NCBI RefSeq assembly: GCF_001194135.2
Contig: NC_069000.1
Coordinates: forward strand, 1,738,018-1,774,427
Source: Octopus bimaculoides
Lineage: Eukaryota
Length of the DNA stretch: 36,410 bases
Reading direction: 5' to 3'
The first letter of the stretch is position 1; every line of letters begins with the position of its first letter. The notes under the pieces are model-generated. The model searched no databases. It was not told where the DNA came from and was given only the letters and a program-made list of their open reading frames with translations. Of this stretch, positions 1 to 12,656 are shown one piece after another. The position numbers and the translations under genes were made by a program.

Positions 1-342
1 AAAAAAAAAAAAAAAAAAGAAAACAACAGAAAAACATATGGAATCCAAAAGACCCCAACACAGTAAGAACTCAAACCCGTGGCACACGGACGCTCTTCTG
101 CCATTTCTAATAAACATGTCAACACAAATACGCCCAAATCTGATAGATTTCATTCGAATTACAGCTTTACCATTCCTTCCATATCTAAGACACGCAAGAT
201 TTTCAAGAATTCCTTTCTTATAGTTTCTTAGTTTGGCCTTAAAATTATTTATTGAAGTCCCAGATACACCCTTAGCAATGTTAAGGGTGTATACATACAT
301 ACATACATATATATATGCATATATTTATATCTATATGTTTAT

Positions 343-344
<2 letters not shown>

Positions 345-403
<59 letters not shown>

Positions 404-436
404 TATATATATATATATGTGTATATATTTATATAT
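345..436. repeat. (TA)n microsatellite
   Basis: Direct observation. Confidence 0.95.
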
Positions 437-637
437 ATTTAGTTTCCAGACATTGTCTACCTCGGAGTACATCGTTCAATGTATCCTATATTTCATATAT
501 TTTGAAAGAAAAAAACAAAGACAGTAGTGTGTGGGTTGTGGGAGATTTGGCTACTGATTCTAGCATGTCGAAAGACTATGAATGCTACTCAAATGTCCCA
601 AAATGTTCTCCGTTTGTATGTCTGTCTCTGCCTCTTT

Positions 638-747
638 CTCTCTCTCTCTCTCTCTCTCTCTTCCTCTTTCTGTCTTCTGTTTGTCTCTCTTTCCATCTCT
701 CTCTGTCTCACGCTCTCTGTCTTCCTCCGTATATTTCTTTCTTTCTT

Positions 748-832
<85 letters not shown>

Positions 833-848
833 CTCTTTCTCTCTCACT
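638..848. repeat. (CT)n microsatellite cluster
   Basis: Direct observation. Confidence 0.95.
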
Positions 849-1437
849 CGTTTGTTTTCCAAATTTTGTGTTTTCCTTTCTTCGAAAACCTGACATTTAT
901 CAGGTCTCAGATTCCTAAGAAAAGAAACAACGACAACAACAACAACAACAGCAGCAACCGAAAGACAATAACTCTCTCTTTCTCCCCCTTCTCTCCCCTC
1001 TCCCTCTCCCCTCTCTCCCCTCTCTTACTTCTACAAATAAAAACACGGCAACTGAATAATACAAAGAAAAAACAAAAACAAAATAGACGAAACAAAACAA
1101 AACAACAGTAAAATAAAACCCAAACGCGAACCGTTTCTCTCTTCTCAGATTTTAGAGTAAACCTTGTTCTTGTTTTTGTTTTTTTTCCTCTTCGACGACT
1201 CATAACAATTATTTATCATTAACGTTGCCACCCACCCGACTTTCTTCCCTTACACATTTCTCATCATCATCATCATCATCATCATCAGTATGTTATCGCC
1301 AACGCCTACAACACCTGATACCTACCTACCTACCTACCTACATACATACATATGCACACACACATGAATGTACTTATATATATATATATATGCATACACA
1401 TGATATGCAAATACACATACATACATCTGTATGTATG

Positions 1438-1470
<33 letters not shown>

Positions 1471-2859
1471 GTGTATGTTTGAGTGTATGTGTGCGTATGT
1501 GCGTTCGTGCCTGGTTATACCTTCTTACACATTTGCATGAGAGGGAACGTACCTCCTCCCTCCCTCCCTCCCTTGTTCTCCATCTCGTCCCATTGACGTC
1601 AGTCATGTTCCCCCTCGTTCTTTGGACTGTTATTTGAAACCGTCTCTTCTTTGATGGAAAATCTCTGGATAGATTTCACTGCCGACATTTTATATCTTTG
1701 TGGACACTGCACTCACTACGTTCCTATAAATATACGCATTTGTTGGCATTTATTAGCATTTCTTTTTTTGCATATATGTATATATGTTGTGCACGTGGTA
1801 TGCCTTGGCAGTTATTTTAAGGGAGGGAATCACTTCTAGATCCATCACAACTGAGTTAAAAGTTTGATGAAAAGCAATGAAGATGCATAGAATATCGATA
1901 GGATATAACTATTTAATTTTTGCTCTTAGTCATTACAATCATCTTAGAATTTCTACTCATGAATAATCATATATATATAGCACTATTTCATTCTTATTTG
2001 AAATCGTGAGCATGATATAATTCGAAGTAAATAAATGAAACTAAAGTAAACGTTTTACGGAACGAAACTTAAATGATTACGGTTTGGAAGACATTCATGG
2101 AATCTTTGTGTTTTGTTTTCACATGAACGTATTTACTATTCCAACTTATACGAAAGAAGAAAAAAACTGGATTGGGAATGCCCTCTAAATATTTACATGA
2201 GCTATGTCTTATGATAAATTTAAGAACCAGCGTTGAAAACGGGTGTTATTTCTCAAAGATGACCATGTCCTCAATATCCAGTAAATAGATGACATCACAT
2301 TCATTTGTAGGTGTGTATATTTGGAGTAAAGATTATTTGCCAACGTAACAAGGCAGTCCTGGTTTAAGACGAATATTGCTGTAATCTAGCCCCAGGAGAC
2401 ATCGTCTCCAGCTGGCTATACGACACGATCTATGTCCTGTATATCGCGATTTCCGGGTTATTTCCCTTCAACAGCACAGAATAATTGTTCCTAAACCACG
2501 ACTACCATGTTATGTTGTCAAATAATCTTTACCCCAAAGTACTGTTGCTGAATATCTCTCGTTGTGAGATTTACAAATAGTAATTTTCTAAGTGTGTATA
2601 TTTGTCTGTAAATGTATACCATATACGCATATAATTGTATTGTGTGTGTGTGTGTTGAATTCGTGAACCTCAAATGGAGAATCCTTGGAATGCATTGAAA
2701 ATCTTTATTGTCTCTCTCATCGACTGGATTTGGAGGATGTGAGGCGGTTGGCTTTGCTCTTTCTAGAAGCTCAGCATTTCTATGGTTTTTTTGTGTGTGA
2801 ATCTGTTGTTACATTCTGCAGTGTACGCATGCGTGTACGCATGCGTGAACGTGTATGCG

Positions 2860-3170
2860 TATGTATATATGTACGAGTGTACGTAAGTATGTGTATGTAT
2901 GCATGCGTGAATGTATGTATATATGTTTATTGTATTATGTGTGTATGTGTGTATATTTGTATGTATGTGTGTATGCATGGATTCACATTTGCATGTATGC
3001 ATGTGTATACGTATGTATGTATGTATGTATGTTTGTATGTATGTATGTATGTATGTATGTTTGTATGTATGTATGTACGTATGTATGTATGTATGTATGC
3101 ATGTATGTATGTATGTATGTATGTTTGTATGTATGTATGTATGTATGTATGTGTGCATGCATGAATGAAT
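2860..3170. repeat. (TATG)n microsatellite, interrupted
   Basis: Direct observation. Confidence 0.95.
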
Positions 3171-3193
3171 ACACGTATGCATATGCAAGCAGG

Positions 3194-3266
3194 CATGTAT
3201 GTTTGTACACATGTATGTTTGTACACATGTATGTTTGTACACATGTATGTTTGTACACATGTATGT
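3194..3266. repeat. 16-bp minisatellite (CATGTATGTTTGTACA) x4.5
   Basis: Four exact units at 3194-3257 plus a partial unit. Confidence 0.95.
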
Positions 3267-3365
3267 ATATATGCATCTATGCCTATGTGTATGCATCTAT
3301 GTATGTATGCTCGTATGTTGGATTGTATGTGTACATGTGAGTGCGCGCGTGCGTGGGTGTAAAGG

Positions 3366-3386
3366 ATGACGTCAGCGAATGACGTC
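3366..3386. promoter_or_regulatory. Two perfect CRE palindromes (TGACGTCA at 3366 and 3379); a third at 1594-1601
   Basis: Exact motif matches; function inferred only. Confidence 0.3.
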
Positions 3387-3855
3387 AAAGTTAATCCTCG
3401 TTTAAAAGATTCCACTGACTTTATGAATGGTGATGGAGTATGTTTTGATAGAAAGTACATCCAGCACGGATCGTCCTTGGTTTTAACGTGCTTCCCCTCT
3501 TGAAACTGGCAGTTGAGGGATTGAAGGAGAGAGAAAGAAAGATAGATAGATGGTGGAGAGAGAGTGTGTATGTGTGTGTGTGTGTGTGTGTGAGGTAATA
3601 CGCCACTTGACCGCCATGATAGATAATGCTTTGAAGAGGATGCTTCGAGAATATCCCTCACCTGGCTGTTGTAATGGGTTTCGTAACAGAGTAAGTTTGT
3701 GTGTGCGTGCGTATGTGTGTGTATGCGTGCATGTGCGGGTGTCTGTATGCGTGAGAGACAGAAAGAGAGTGTGTGTGTATCTATGTATAAGTGTATATAT
3801 GAGTGCCTGGAGCTATGTGTATATATATTCGTGTGTGTGCGCGTGTGTGCGTATA

Positions 3856-3891
<36 letters not shown>

Positions 3892-4274
3892 NNNNNNNNN
3901 NNNNNNNNNNNNNNNNNNNNNNNNNNNNNNNNNNNNNNNNNNNNNNNNNNNNNNNNNNNNNNNNNNNNNNNNNNNNNNNNNNNNNNNNNNNNNNNNNNNN
4001 NNNNNNNNNNNNNNNNNNNNNNNNNNNNNNNNNNNNNNNNNNNNNNNNNNNNNNNNNNNNNNNNNNNNNNNNNNNNNNNNNNNNNNNNNNNNNNNNNNNN
4101 NNNNNNNNNNNNNNNNNNTGTCCTTTCGAAGTAATCCTCTTCGTCCATTCGACGGGTGGAATCTTGTTCTCGGCCCTTGTGCAGTATTGATTTCCACCGT
4201 GGGACGAAACGCCACAAATCATGGCTGGTGGGGTGTCATGTTGTTTTAGAATCCGTCACATTAATTCCCGTGAA

Positions 4275-4593
4275 GGCGCGTGGCTCAGGGGTTCACAATA
4301 TTTGGCTCACGGTCACAAGGTTGTGAGTTCGATATCTGGTGACGCGTTGTGTCCTTGAGCAAGACACTTTATTTCACGTTGCTCTAGTTCACTCAGCTGG
4401 TAAGAATGAGTTGTACCTGTAATTCAGAAGGTCCAGCCTTGTCAGATTCGGGTTACGCTGAGTCTCTCTAAGCATTACTTTAAGAGCACACGTGTCTGTG
4501 GAGTACTCAGCCACATGCACGTTAATTTCACGAGAAAGCTGTTCCGTTGATCGGATCACCTGCACTCCCCATCGTCGTAACCAATCGAATGCT
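4275..4593 (+). mobile_element. tRNA-derived SINE, family A, near full length
   Basis: Head ggcgcgtggctcag with degenerate A/B boxes; body shared with copies at 16725, 18004, 19566 and 26545. Confidence 0.85.
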
Positions 4594-4617
4594 AGCAATA
4601 TTAACTCCTTTATAAGT

Positions 4618-4833
4618 TAGCGACGACCTGGCAGAAACGATTGCACGCCGAGCGAAATGCTTAGCGGTATTTCGTCTGTCTTTATGTTCTGAGTCCAAAT
4701 TCTGCCGAGGTCAACTTTGCCTTTCATCCTCTCTGGGTCGATAAATTAAGTACCAGTTACATACTGGGGTCGATCTAATCGACTGGAATCCTCCCCCCAA
4801 AATTCGGGCCTTGTGCCTAGAGTAGAAAAGAAT
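4618..4833 (-). mobile_element. SINE-like repeat, family C (attcttttctactctaggcacaaggccc... core)
   Basis: Homologous to copies at 7131, 8017, 23510, 32614 and 32810. Confidence 0.85.
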
Positions 4834-4909
4834 ATTTTGTATTTTTATTTTGTGTTTCTTTTTCCTTAATATTTATTAATATATATATCATTTATTTATT
4901 TATTTGTAG

Positions 4910-4954
4910 GCAGAAAATTTACCAACAGATGAACAATTCTCATTTGAATATAAG
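4910..4954 (+). CDS. LOX exon a: [15 protein letters not shown] (phase 0-0)
   Basis: ttatttgtag|GCA...AAG|gtattg; 45 nt; LPxDExF motif. Confidence 0.85.
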
Positions 4955-7056
4955 GTATTGATTTTTGCTCTTTGTTTCCCTGACGTTTTGATTGCCATTT
5001 CTAGAAATCGGTGGAGCATCTACTTTGCCCACCGACCCACTTGAAACAGATCCTCGATATCTCTCCTTAGTCACACCTTGAAGTCGTAAATAGCGCAAAG
5101 AACACATTGGATAATGTAGCTCTAGATATCCTAGGCAACATAATAAACTACTTCTGGTGGTGAGGCTGGGTTGTGTCAGTGCAATCATTGTAGACAAGCA
5201 CATACGCTATGACAATAAGCAAAAGGCAGAATGCATTCTGCCTTTACTGTCCCTATATATGATATAATATAGATTTGAATTCACGGCATGAGGGATAAAT
5301 TAAAAGAATTATATTTCATATCAAGCCATTAAGCTTGAGAGATACGAGAAATTGTCTATCCTCTAAATAGCAGCCATTTAACATCATATACATAGAATCC
5401 CATGTATTCTGTTTGCCATTTAATAACCACAACAGGATCTGAGATGTATTTCAAAACATAACGCAGAATGCGTTTGTTTATATTTCTCCTGTTACATTTG
5501 CAGTTTGTCCATCCGGTATGTAAAATTTATAACCGATGACAACCACGCGATCTACTTCGGTTATAATTACCAAGAAATTAACGTAGATGTATAATTACCG
5601 ACTTGTTAACAAAGAGCGAGTAATTGAGTGTGAGTGACAAATGACCGAGAGGATTGAGTTTCGTCTACATAAATTATTGGGTTGGCCAAAAAGTCCATTC
5701 GTTTCTTTTGAGTGAAAATAGAAGACAAGTTTTAAACACAAAACGATTTTTTCAATCAATGATAGAATTTCGCTCCGGTATACTCTGCCGTCTTGTGAGA
5801 TATTTCCTGCTTTCGCTGTCTTCCAAGTGAATTTATACACCCTATTCAGAGTTGAAGGTCTTTCCATTCAATGAATTTTGAGGAGACCAAAACAGGTGGA
5901 AATCTGAAGTTGCAAGTTCGGGAGGATATGCAGGGTGCGGCAAAACCGCTGAAGTCAGTTTTGTCTCTCGCCCTTTCAAGATCAACAAAATAAAGCACCA
6001 GACGAATACTGGGTGGGGTACTCCTAAAATTGCTGGCCTTGTGTCGAAATTTAAAACAATTATTTCGCATATCATTTCTCTTTTTCTAAGACAGTTGAAG
6101 TGATTTGAGGAAGACAAGTCGGCTGTTTTTAGTAGGTCAAACGTACGACCGAGTATAGTTTCTCTCTCTAATCCATAGCGAACAAGTGAAAAGTGTGTAC
6201 AATGCTTTCATTAAAAAAAGTAGCATGTTGCATATCGACTTTAAACTTACATATAAAATCTTTGTACTGTTTTGAGGTCAATGAAAACAGGAACAAGGCT
6301 TTCACTATATGTTTCAATGAATAACGTAAGAGTGTTTAACAATTTTTTTCTCTAAGCGTGGGCTTAAACCAATGATACAAACTTCTGTACAAACTGAATA
6401 AGGTTGAGCAATACATTCCGCTTGGTTACATTGAAAAACAAAATGTCTGTCTTAAAATTTACTCTACAATGCTATATTATGAACAAGAAAGTACGTAGAG
6501 CCATAAACAAACAGATAATGTTGACAAATGTAAGCCCTTTCACACGGTCGGCCGACCTGCAAGAAATAGAAACCACATTTCCCTCAAATTACGACTTATT
6601 GTTTATATAAGGAGAAAGATATATTAGTCAATTCTGTCGATATATACGAAAACGAGAGGATGGCCTTGGCCGGAACGTGTTTATGTCTATTCGATCAGGA
6701 CTAATCTGGGGATAAACCGATGCTGGTGTGTTTACGTCCTCGTAATTTAGCGGCTCGGTAAAAGAGCCCGATAAAATAATTACTAGTCTTACAAAGAATA
6801 AGTCCTGGGGGTCGATTTGTTCGACTAAAGGCGGTACTCCAGCATGGCCGCAGTCAAATGACTGAAACAAATAAAAAGAATAAAAGAAAAAAGGAATATA
6901 CATTTATGTTAATTTCTAAATATTTATTCCTAAGGTAGATTACGTGATTACAATTTGTTGTAATTCTTACGTGGTGAGACAGATGTACGGCGTAACAAGA
7001 AAGAAAAACAACTTATTCGAATTACGTCTATCATCCATCCATCCATCCATCCATCC

Positions 7057-7128
<72 letters not shown>

Positions 7129-10100
7129 CTGCGAGCTAGTAGAATCGTTAACACGCCGGACAAAATGCTTAGAAGCATTTCGTTCGTCTTTACGTTCTAA
7201 GTTCAAATTCCACCGAGGTCGACTTTACCTTTCATCCTTTCGGAGTCGATAAATGAAGTACCAGTTGAGGACTGGGGTTCTGGGGCTGATATAATCGACA
7301 AACCTCCTACCNNNNNNNNNNNNNNNNNNNNNNNNNNNNNNNNNNNNNNNNNNNNNNNNNNNNNNNNNNNNNNNNNNNNNNNNNNNNNNNNNNNNNNNNN
7401 NNNNNNNNNNNNTATATATATATATATATTGCCTTTAGTTTTATTTCACATTCGCACCCTCTTCCACTCCCGCACACGCTTTCCACACTCACACAAACAC
7501 ACACAGACATCCGCGCGTGCGCATTTACCCATGCCAAAATTACACGCACCAGCACTTCACACCCCACTAACCTACGCCGCTCTACATCCGTATTTACACA
7601 CCTCTATTCCCGTACACGCACCCCAAGAAACCTCATGCACCAGTAATGTTAGACCTTTATGTTCATCTCAAAACATGGATATACTCCTACGCGAGCAGCT
7701 CGTCCTTTCTCTCATCTTAACCCTTCTCACAGAATCGCATTCCAGCTTGGTCCCATAGCCCCGCTCCCATTTTCTCTTTTCTTCTTTTCTTTTTCCTCTA
7801 CCACTTTTTGCTCTTTCTCGCTCCTCCTATGATTTTCTTCTGATGAAGGACGAACGTTCGAAACATTAAAACTCTTTTTCTACTCTCTTTTAAGCGTTAA
7901 ACTAATACAATATTTATTAAAACTTTTCCCACCTGCGTCTTTCTCCTTACATTTGCTATGTATGTGTATTTATATTTATGTATAAATTCGGTGTGCGTTG
8001 CGTTCCGTTCTTTATTTGACTGGTACTTTATTTACCGACCCCGAAAGTATGAAAGGCAAAGTCGACCTCGACGGTGTTTGAACTCAGATCATGTTTGCCT
8101 AAAATGATTGAGCTAACACACACACACACACACACACACGAACGCACACGCGCACACACAACACTCCACTCCACCCCAATTTTACAAAGAAAGGAATGAC
8201 AATGACTTTGAAGTTTCGGCATCCCCCCCCCATCACGAAACTGTGACAAGTGGTGTGTGTGTCTGTGTATGTATACATATATGTATGTATGCATATTACA
8301 CGCATCTCTAGTGATTTATACAAAATTTTAATGAACACATATATATAATGTGTGTGTGTGTGTGTGTACGTGCGTGTGTGCGTGCGTGTGTGTGCGTGTG
8401 TGTGTACGTGCGTGTGTATGTACATATTACAAAAGCATTTCTTTTCTTTTTCTGTTTGCGTATATCTCTTTCTGTGTCACTCCCATTATCTCGTCTGCTT
8501 CACTCCAGCCATTTACTTTAGAACCAACACTCTCATTCATTTCTCCTCCTTCACCCGCCTCCCTCTCTTCCTTCTTCTCCCACCCACCGACACTTCTGTC
8601 ACCCTTTGTTTATTTACGGCACTCCTAACCGACATTCTTTTATCTCATCATAATAGTCTTTAACACTCTCCACCGATCTATAACACTTTTGTATAAGCAC
8701 AATTAAATCCAACCCCACCTTTATTACTTAAAATGTTTCTATATTCTCTGTTATGTAACCTCAATCCGTTTCGTACCGTTTTAGTGGAGTATTGTCCGAC
8801 GCAAGGCTCAGCTGATCGCCACAAGTAAACTGGTCAAATTAAAGGAGGCCGGAGAATGGGCGAGTTTTGTCGACCTCTTTAAAGTCTACACCAGACATGT
8901 TTTCTGTAAACCGATGGTAAGTATTTTAGCAACTCTGGTAATCCATTGATTTCCAACATAATCAATAATGGTAGATCAATCCCAGCATTAGGCCGATACA
9001 CGTTTTAGTAACCTCGAAAAAGAGGAAAAAAAAAAAAAAGAAAAAAGAAAAATAGTGAGATATCAGTGGAATTCGAAATCGGAATTTAGACATGACTGTG
9101 CGGGTTAGAGATTCCTTTCTTAACCACATAGATTTGGGTTCACTTCTACTGTGCGGCATCTTGGCAAGTGATTTCTACCATGGCTACTATGACTTGTGGG
9201 TGAACTTGGCAGACGGAAACTGAAAGAAGCCTGTCGTATATATATATATGCATGCATGCAAGTATATGCAGCTGAAATTTCTTCGAGAACGTTGTTGTCA
9301 TTCCCCTGTTGGCAACGCATCCGCTGGCTTTACTACTTCGAAAGTATGTAAAAATAAAAGATGCCTTGATAGACGGGTAAAGGTTAACGTCAAGAAGGGT
9401 ATCTGGTTTCAAAATGATACGTCAATAATATGTTCGTCTAACCCATACTAGCATGGAGAAATGTAAAGAAGAATGAGCGGTACGCACCCATGGTACACAT
9501 AGTCATGACTAACTTGATGCATTAATTCATCCGTTTTTAGTTGTATCTGGAAATGTATTCCTTAGTTTTCCTGTTCTTTTACTATTTATTTATTTTGTAG
9601 AGTGTTCAGAGCTGGAGGAATGATTTGAACTTCGGTCTCCAGCGAATCACGGGCTGTAATCCCAGCTTCATAAAGTTGTGTACGGAAATTCCAGAAAAGT
9701 ATGTACAAGTACATTGAGTTCGTTCTTTCTCAAATATCTTTTTCAGACATTTAAGAGCAAATCTCCGGAATTAGCAACAAAAAGGGTGAAAGAAATCGTG
9801 GTTTATGACATAGAGAAAGCAGTGCAGCAAACTATTAAATTATCTGCAGGGCCTAATGCCAGGTCTGAATGTAAAAAAACAAAACAAAACAGACTTAACT
9901 AAAATTACAGTAATATCAGCGCCAAGCAGTGTTTAAACATATTTTAACTCATCTCGAGTTTGCTTATGCCTTATCACTGCTCGGCGCTCATATTGCTGCA
10001 ATTTTCACGATCTTGGCGGTCTACTGACACACATCAATCAATGTCGTCTACTATATTTTAGTTAAAGCCCCCGCTTTGAGTAGGTCTGTCCAGAGTTGTC

Positions 10101-12302
10101 CCTCTTAGGTATTTCACATTGATAACGGCCAAAGAGCTGGAAACATCGATGTCTGGGAATCCGACAGGTGGCAGCACTAGACAGATATGGTGTGTCTACA
10201 CCTTTTTCTTTTATCATTAGAGAGAATTCACCATGCAGTGAATTTAGCAATTGAAATATGCCACAAACATATTTTAACTAACCTAAAGTTCGTTCATATT
10301 ATTTTACAAGATTAGTATTAACTGTGACTTCGAAATTTCGGTCTGTTTACAGAAGTACATGCATATGGGTCTGAGGTCGTGTGCTCAGAGTAAAACGACT
10401 GCAGCATGGAAGACATAAGATGGTCATTTAGAAACACATAAAGATCGACAACTTCGCTCAGACATTTTTACATAATATGGTGACAAAAGTTTCGTCACTC
10501 GAAACGAAACAGCGACCTGATCACTGAGGAAAAAAAAAAAGTCCCAGCTGTTTCGAGTGACGAAAATTTTGCCACCATATTATGAATAAATGTCTGAGCG
10601 AAGTTATCGGTCTTTGTGTGTTTCTGATTGGCTAACTTATGCCCTGCGCGTTGCAATCGCTATATATATATATATATATATATATNNNNNNNNNNNNNNN
10701 NNNNNNNNNNNNNNNNNNNNNNNNNNNNNNNNNNNNNNNNNNNNNNNNNNNNNNNNNNNNNNNNNNNNNNNNNNNNNNNNNNNNNNNNNNNNNNNNNNNN
10801 NNNNNNNNNNNNNNNNNNNNNNNNNNNNNNNNNNNNNNNNNNNNNNNNNNNNNNNNNNNNNNNNNNNNNNNNNNNNNNNNNNNNNNNNNNNNNNNNNNNN
10901 NNNNNNNNNNNNNNNNNNNNNNNNNNNNNNNNNNNNNNNNNNNNNNNNNNNNNNNNNNNNNNNNNNNNNNNNNNNNNNNNNNNNNNNNNNNNNNNNNNNN
11001 NNNNNNNNNNNNNNNNNNNNNNNNNNNNNNNNNNNNNNNNNNNNNNNNNNNNNNNNNNNNNNNNNNNNNNNNNNNNNNNNNNNNNNNNNNNNNNNNNNNN
11101 NNNNNNNNNNNNNNNNNNNNNNNNNNNNNNNNNNNNNNNNNNNNNNNNNNNNNNNNNNNNNNNNNNNNNNNNNNNNNNNNNNNNNNNNNNNNNNNNNNNN
11201 NNNNNNNNNNNNNNNNNNNNNNNNNNNNNNNNNNNNNNNNNNNNNNNNNNNNNNNNNNNNNNNNNNNNNNNNNNNNNNNNNNNNNNNNNNNNNNNNNNNN
11301 NNNNNNNNNNNNNNNNNNNNNNNNNNNNNNNNNNNNNNNNNNNNNNNNNNNNNNNNNNNNNNNNNNNNNNNNNNNNNNNNNNNNNNNNNNNNNNNNNNNN
11401 NNNNNNNNNNNNNNNNNNNNNNNNNNNNNNNNNNNNNNNNNNNNNNNNNNNNNNNNNNNNNNNNNNNNNNNNNNNNNNNNNNNNNNNNNNNNNNNNNNNN
11501 NNNNNNNNNNNNNNNNNNNNNNNNNNNNNNNNNNNNNNNNNNNNNNNNNNNNNNNNNNNNNNNNNNNNNNNNNNNNNNNNNNNNNNNNNNNNNNNNNNNN
11601 NNNNNNNNNNNNNNNATTCTCAGAACTTTTTGGGCTGGACTGACTGACATTAGAAGCAGAAACGGCTGTTAGAAATGTTAGGTTTTGTATTTAAAAAAAA
11701 TAACAGATGGTAATCAATTTTTCTTTTGGCTGCCATTCAGAAAGTCTCGCAGGCCAAATTTTACCCATGACTGATGTAGAAGCTCCTTCAAATGTTTCTT
11801 TTTTCTTTTTTTTCTTCTGCGGGTTTTCACACTCCGCCCCCCACTCCGATAAAAACAACCCATAAAAAGAACCCCCTTTTTTTTCTTTGCTTTATTTCAG
11901 TATGGGTGTCGACGAAGAAATGTTGAAGCCTCAACTGGAAGACAAAACTCTGGAAGAGGTAATCGAGGAGAAAAGACTGTTTTACACCGACCACAAAATT
12001 ATGGATGGACTGAAGCACCGAGAAGATTTCAATGTAACTACTACTACTACTACTACTAGTATCTTCATCATCATTATCATCACTTTCTCCTCCTCCTCCT
12101 CCTCCTTCACTATAGTCTTCTTCTTCTTCTTCCCTATAATGTAAATAATGTATTGTTTCTATTGTTTTTTTTTTCAAACTTCTTTTTGTATATTTTGAAG
12201 ATTTGTGCCCCGATAGCCCTGTTTCTACTGAACAACAAAGGACATTTAATACCTATTGCAATACAACTGCAACAACAGAAAGGCCCGGATAACCCGGTAA
12301 GT

Positions 12303-12342
<40 letters not shown>

Positions 12343-12560
12343 ATCGTGACAATGCATCCATGTTATCTTCTGTTTCTTTCAGGTATTTACTCCCACTGAC
12401 CCACCGGGTACGTGGACGAGGGCGAAGATGTGGTACAACAACGCTGATGCCGCTATACACCAGTCGCTAACTCATCTGGGCAAGTAGAATTTATGAATAA
12501 ATACACATACTATTAAACATTCCTACACAGACACACGCATACATCTAGAAACGCGTATAT

Positions 12561-12656
<96 letters not shown>

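Noticed and set aside
233-1203. ORFs rich in YI, LS and ER repeats
   Set aside because: Translations of (TA)n, (CT)n and (CAA)n microsatellites
2685-4249. Long MYVC/HTYI ORFs up to 431 aa
   Set aside because: (TATG)n and (CA)n repeats plus read-through of an N-gap
4119-4250. Short open frames next to the gap (for example WRFVPRWKSIL on the - strand) as PLAT exons
   Set aside because: Wrong strand for the LOX, and no + strand frame matches PLAT motifs
10590-11672. ORFs of 330-360 aa
   Set aside because: Almost entirely Ns; the same applies to 20651-21973, 26899-27665 and other gap-spanning ORFs
12484-12485. Canonical GT donor for exon f
   Set aside because: Gives phase 2 and frameshifts exon g; the GC donor at 12480 keeps the His motif
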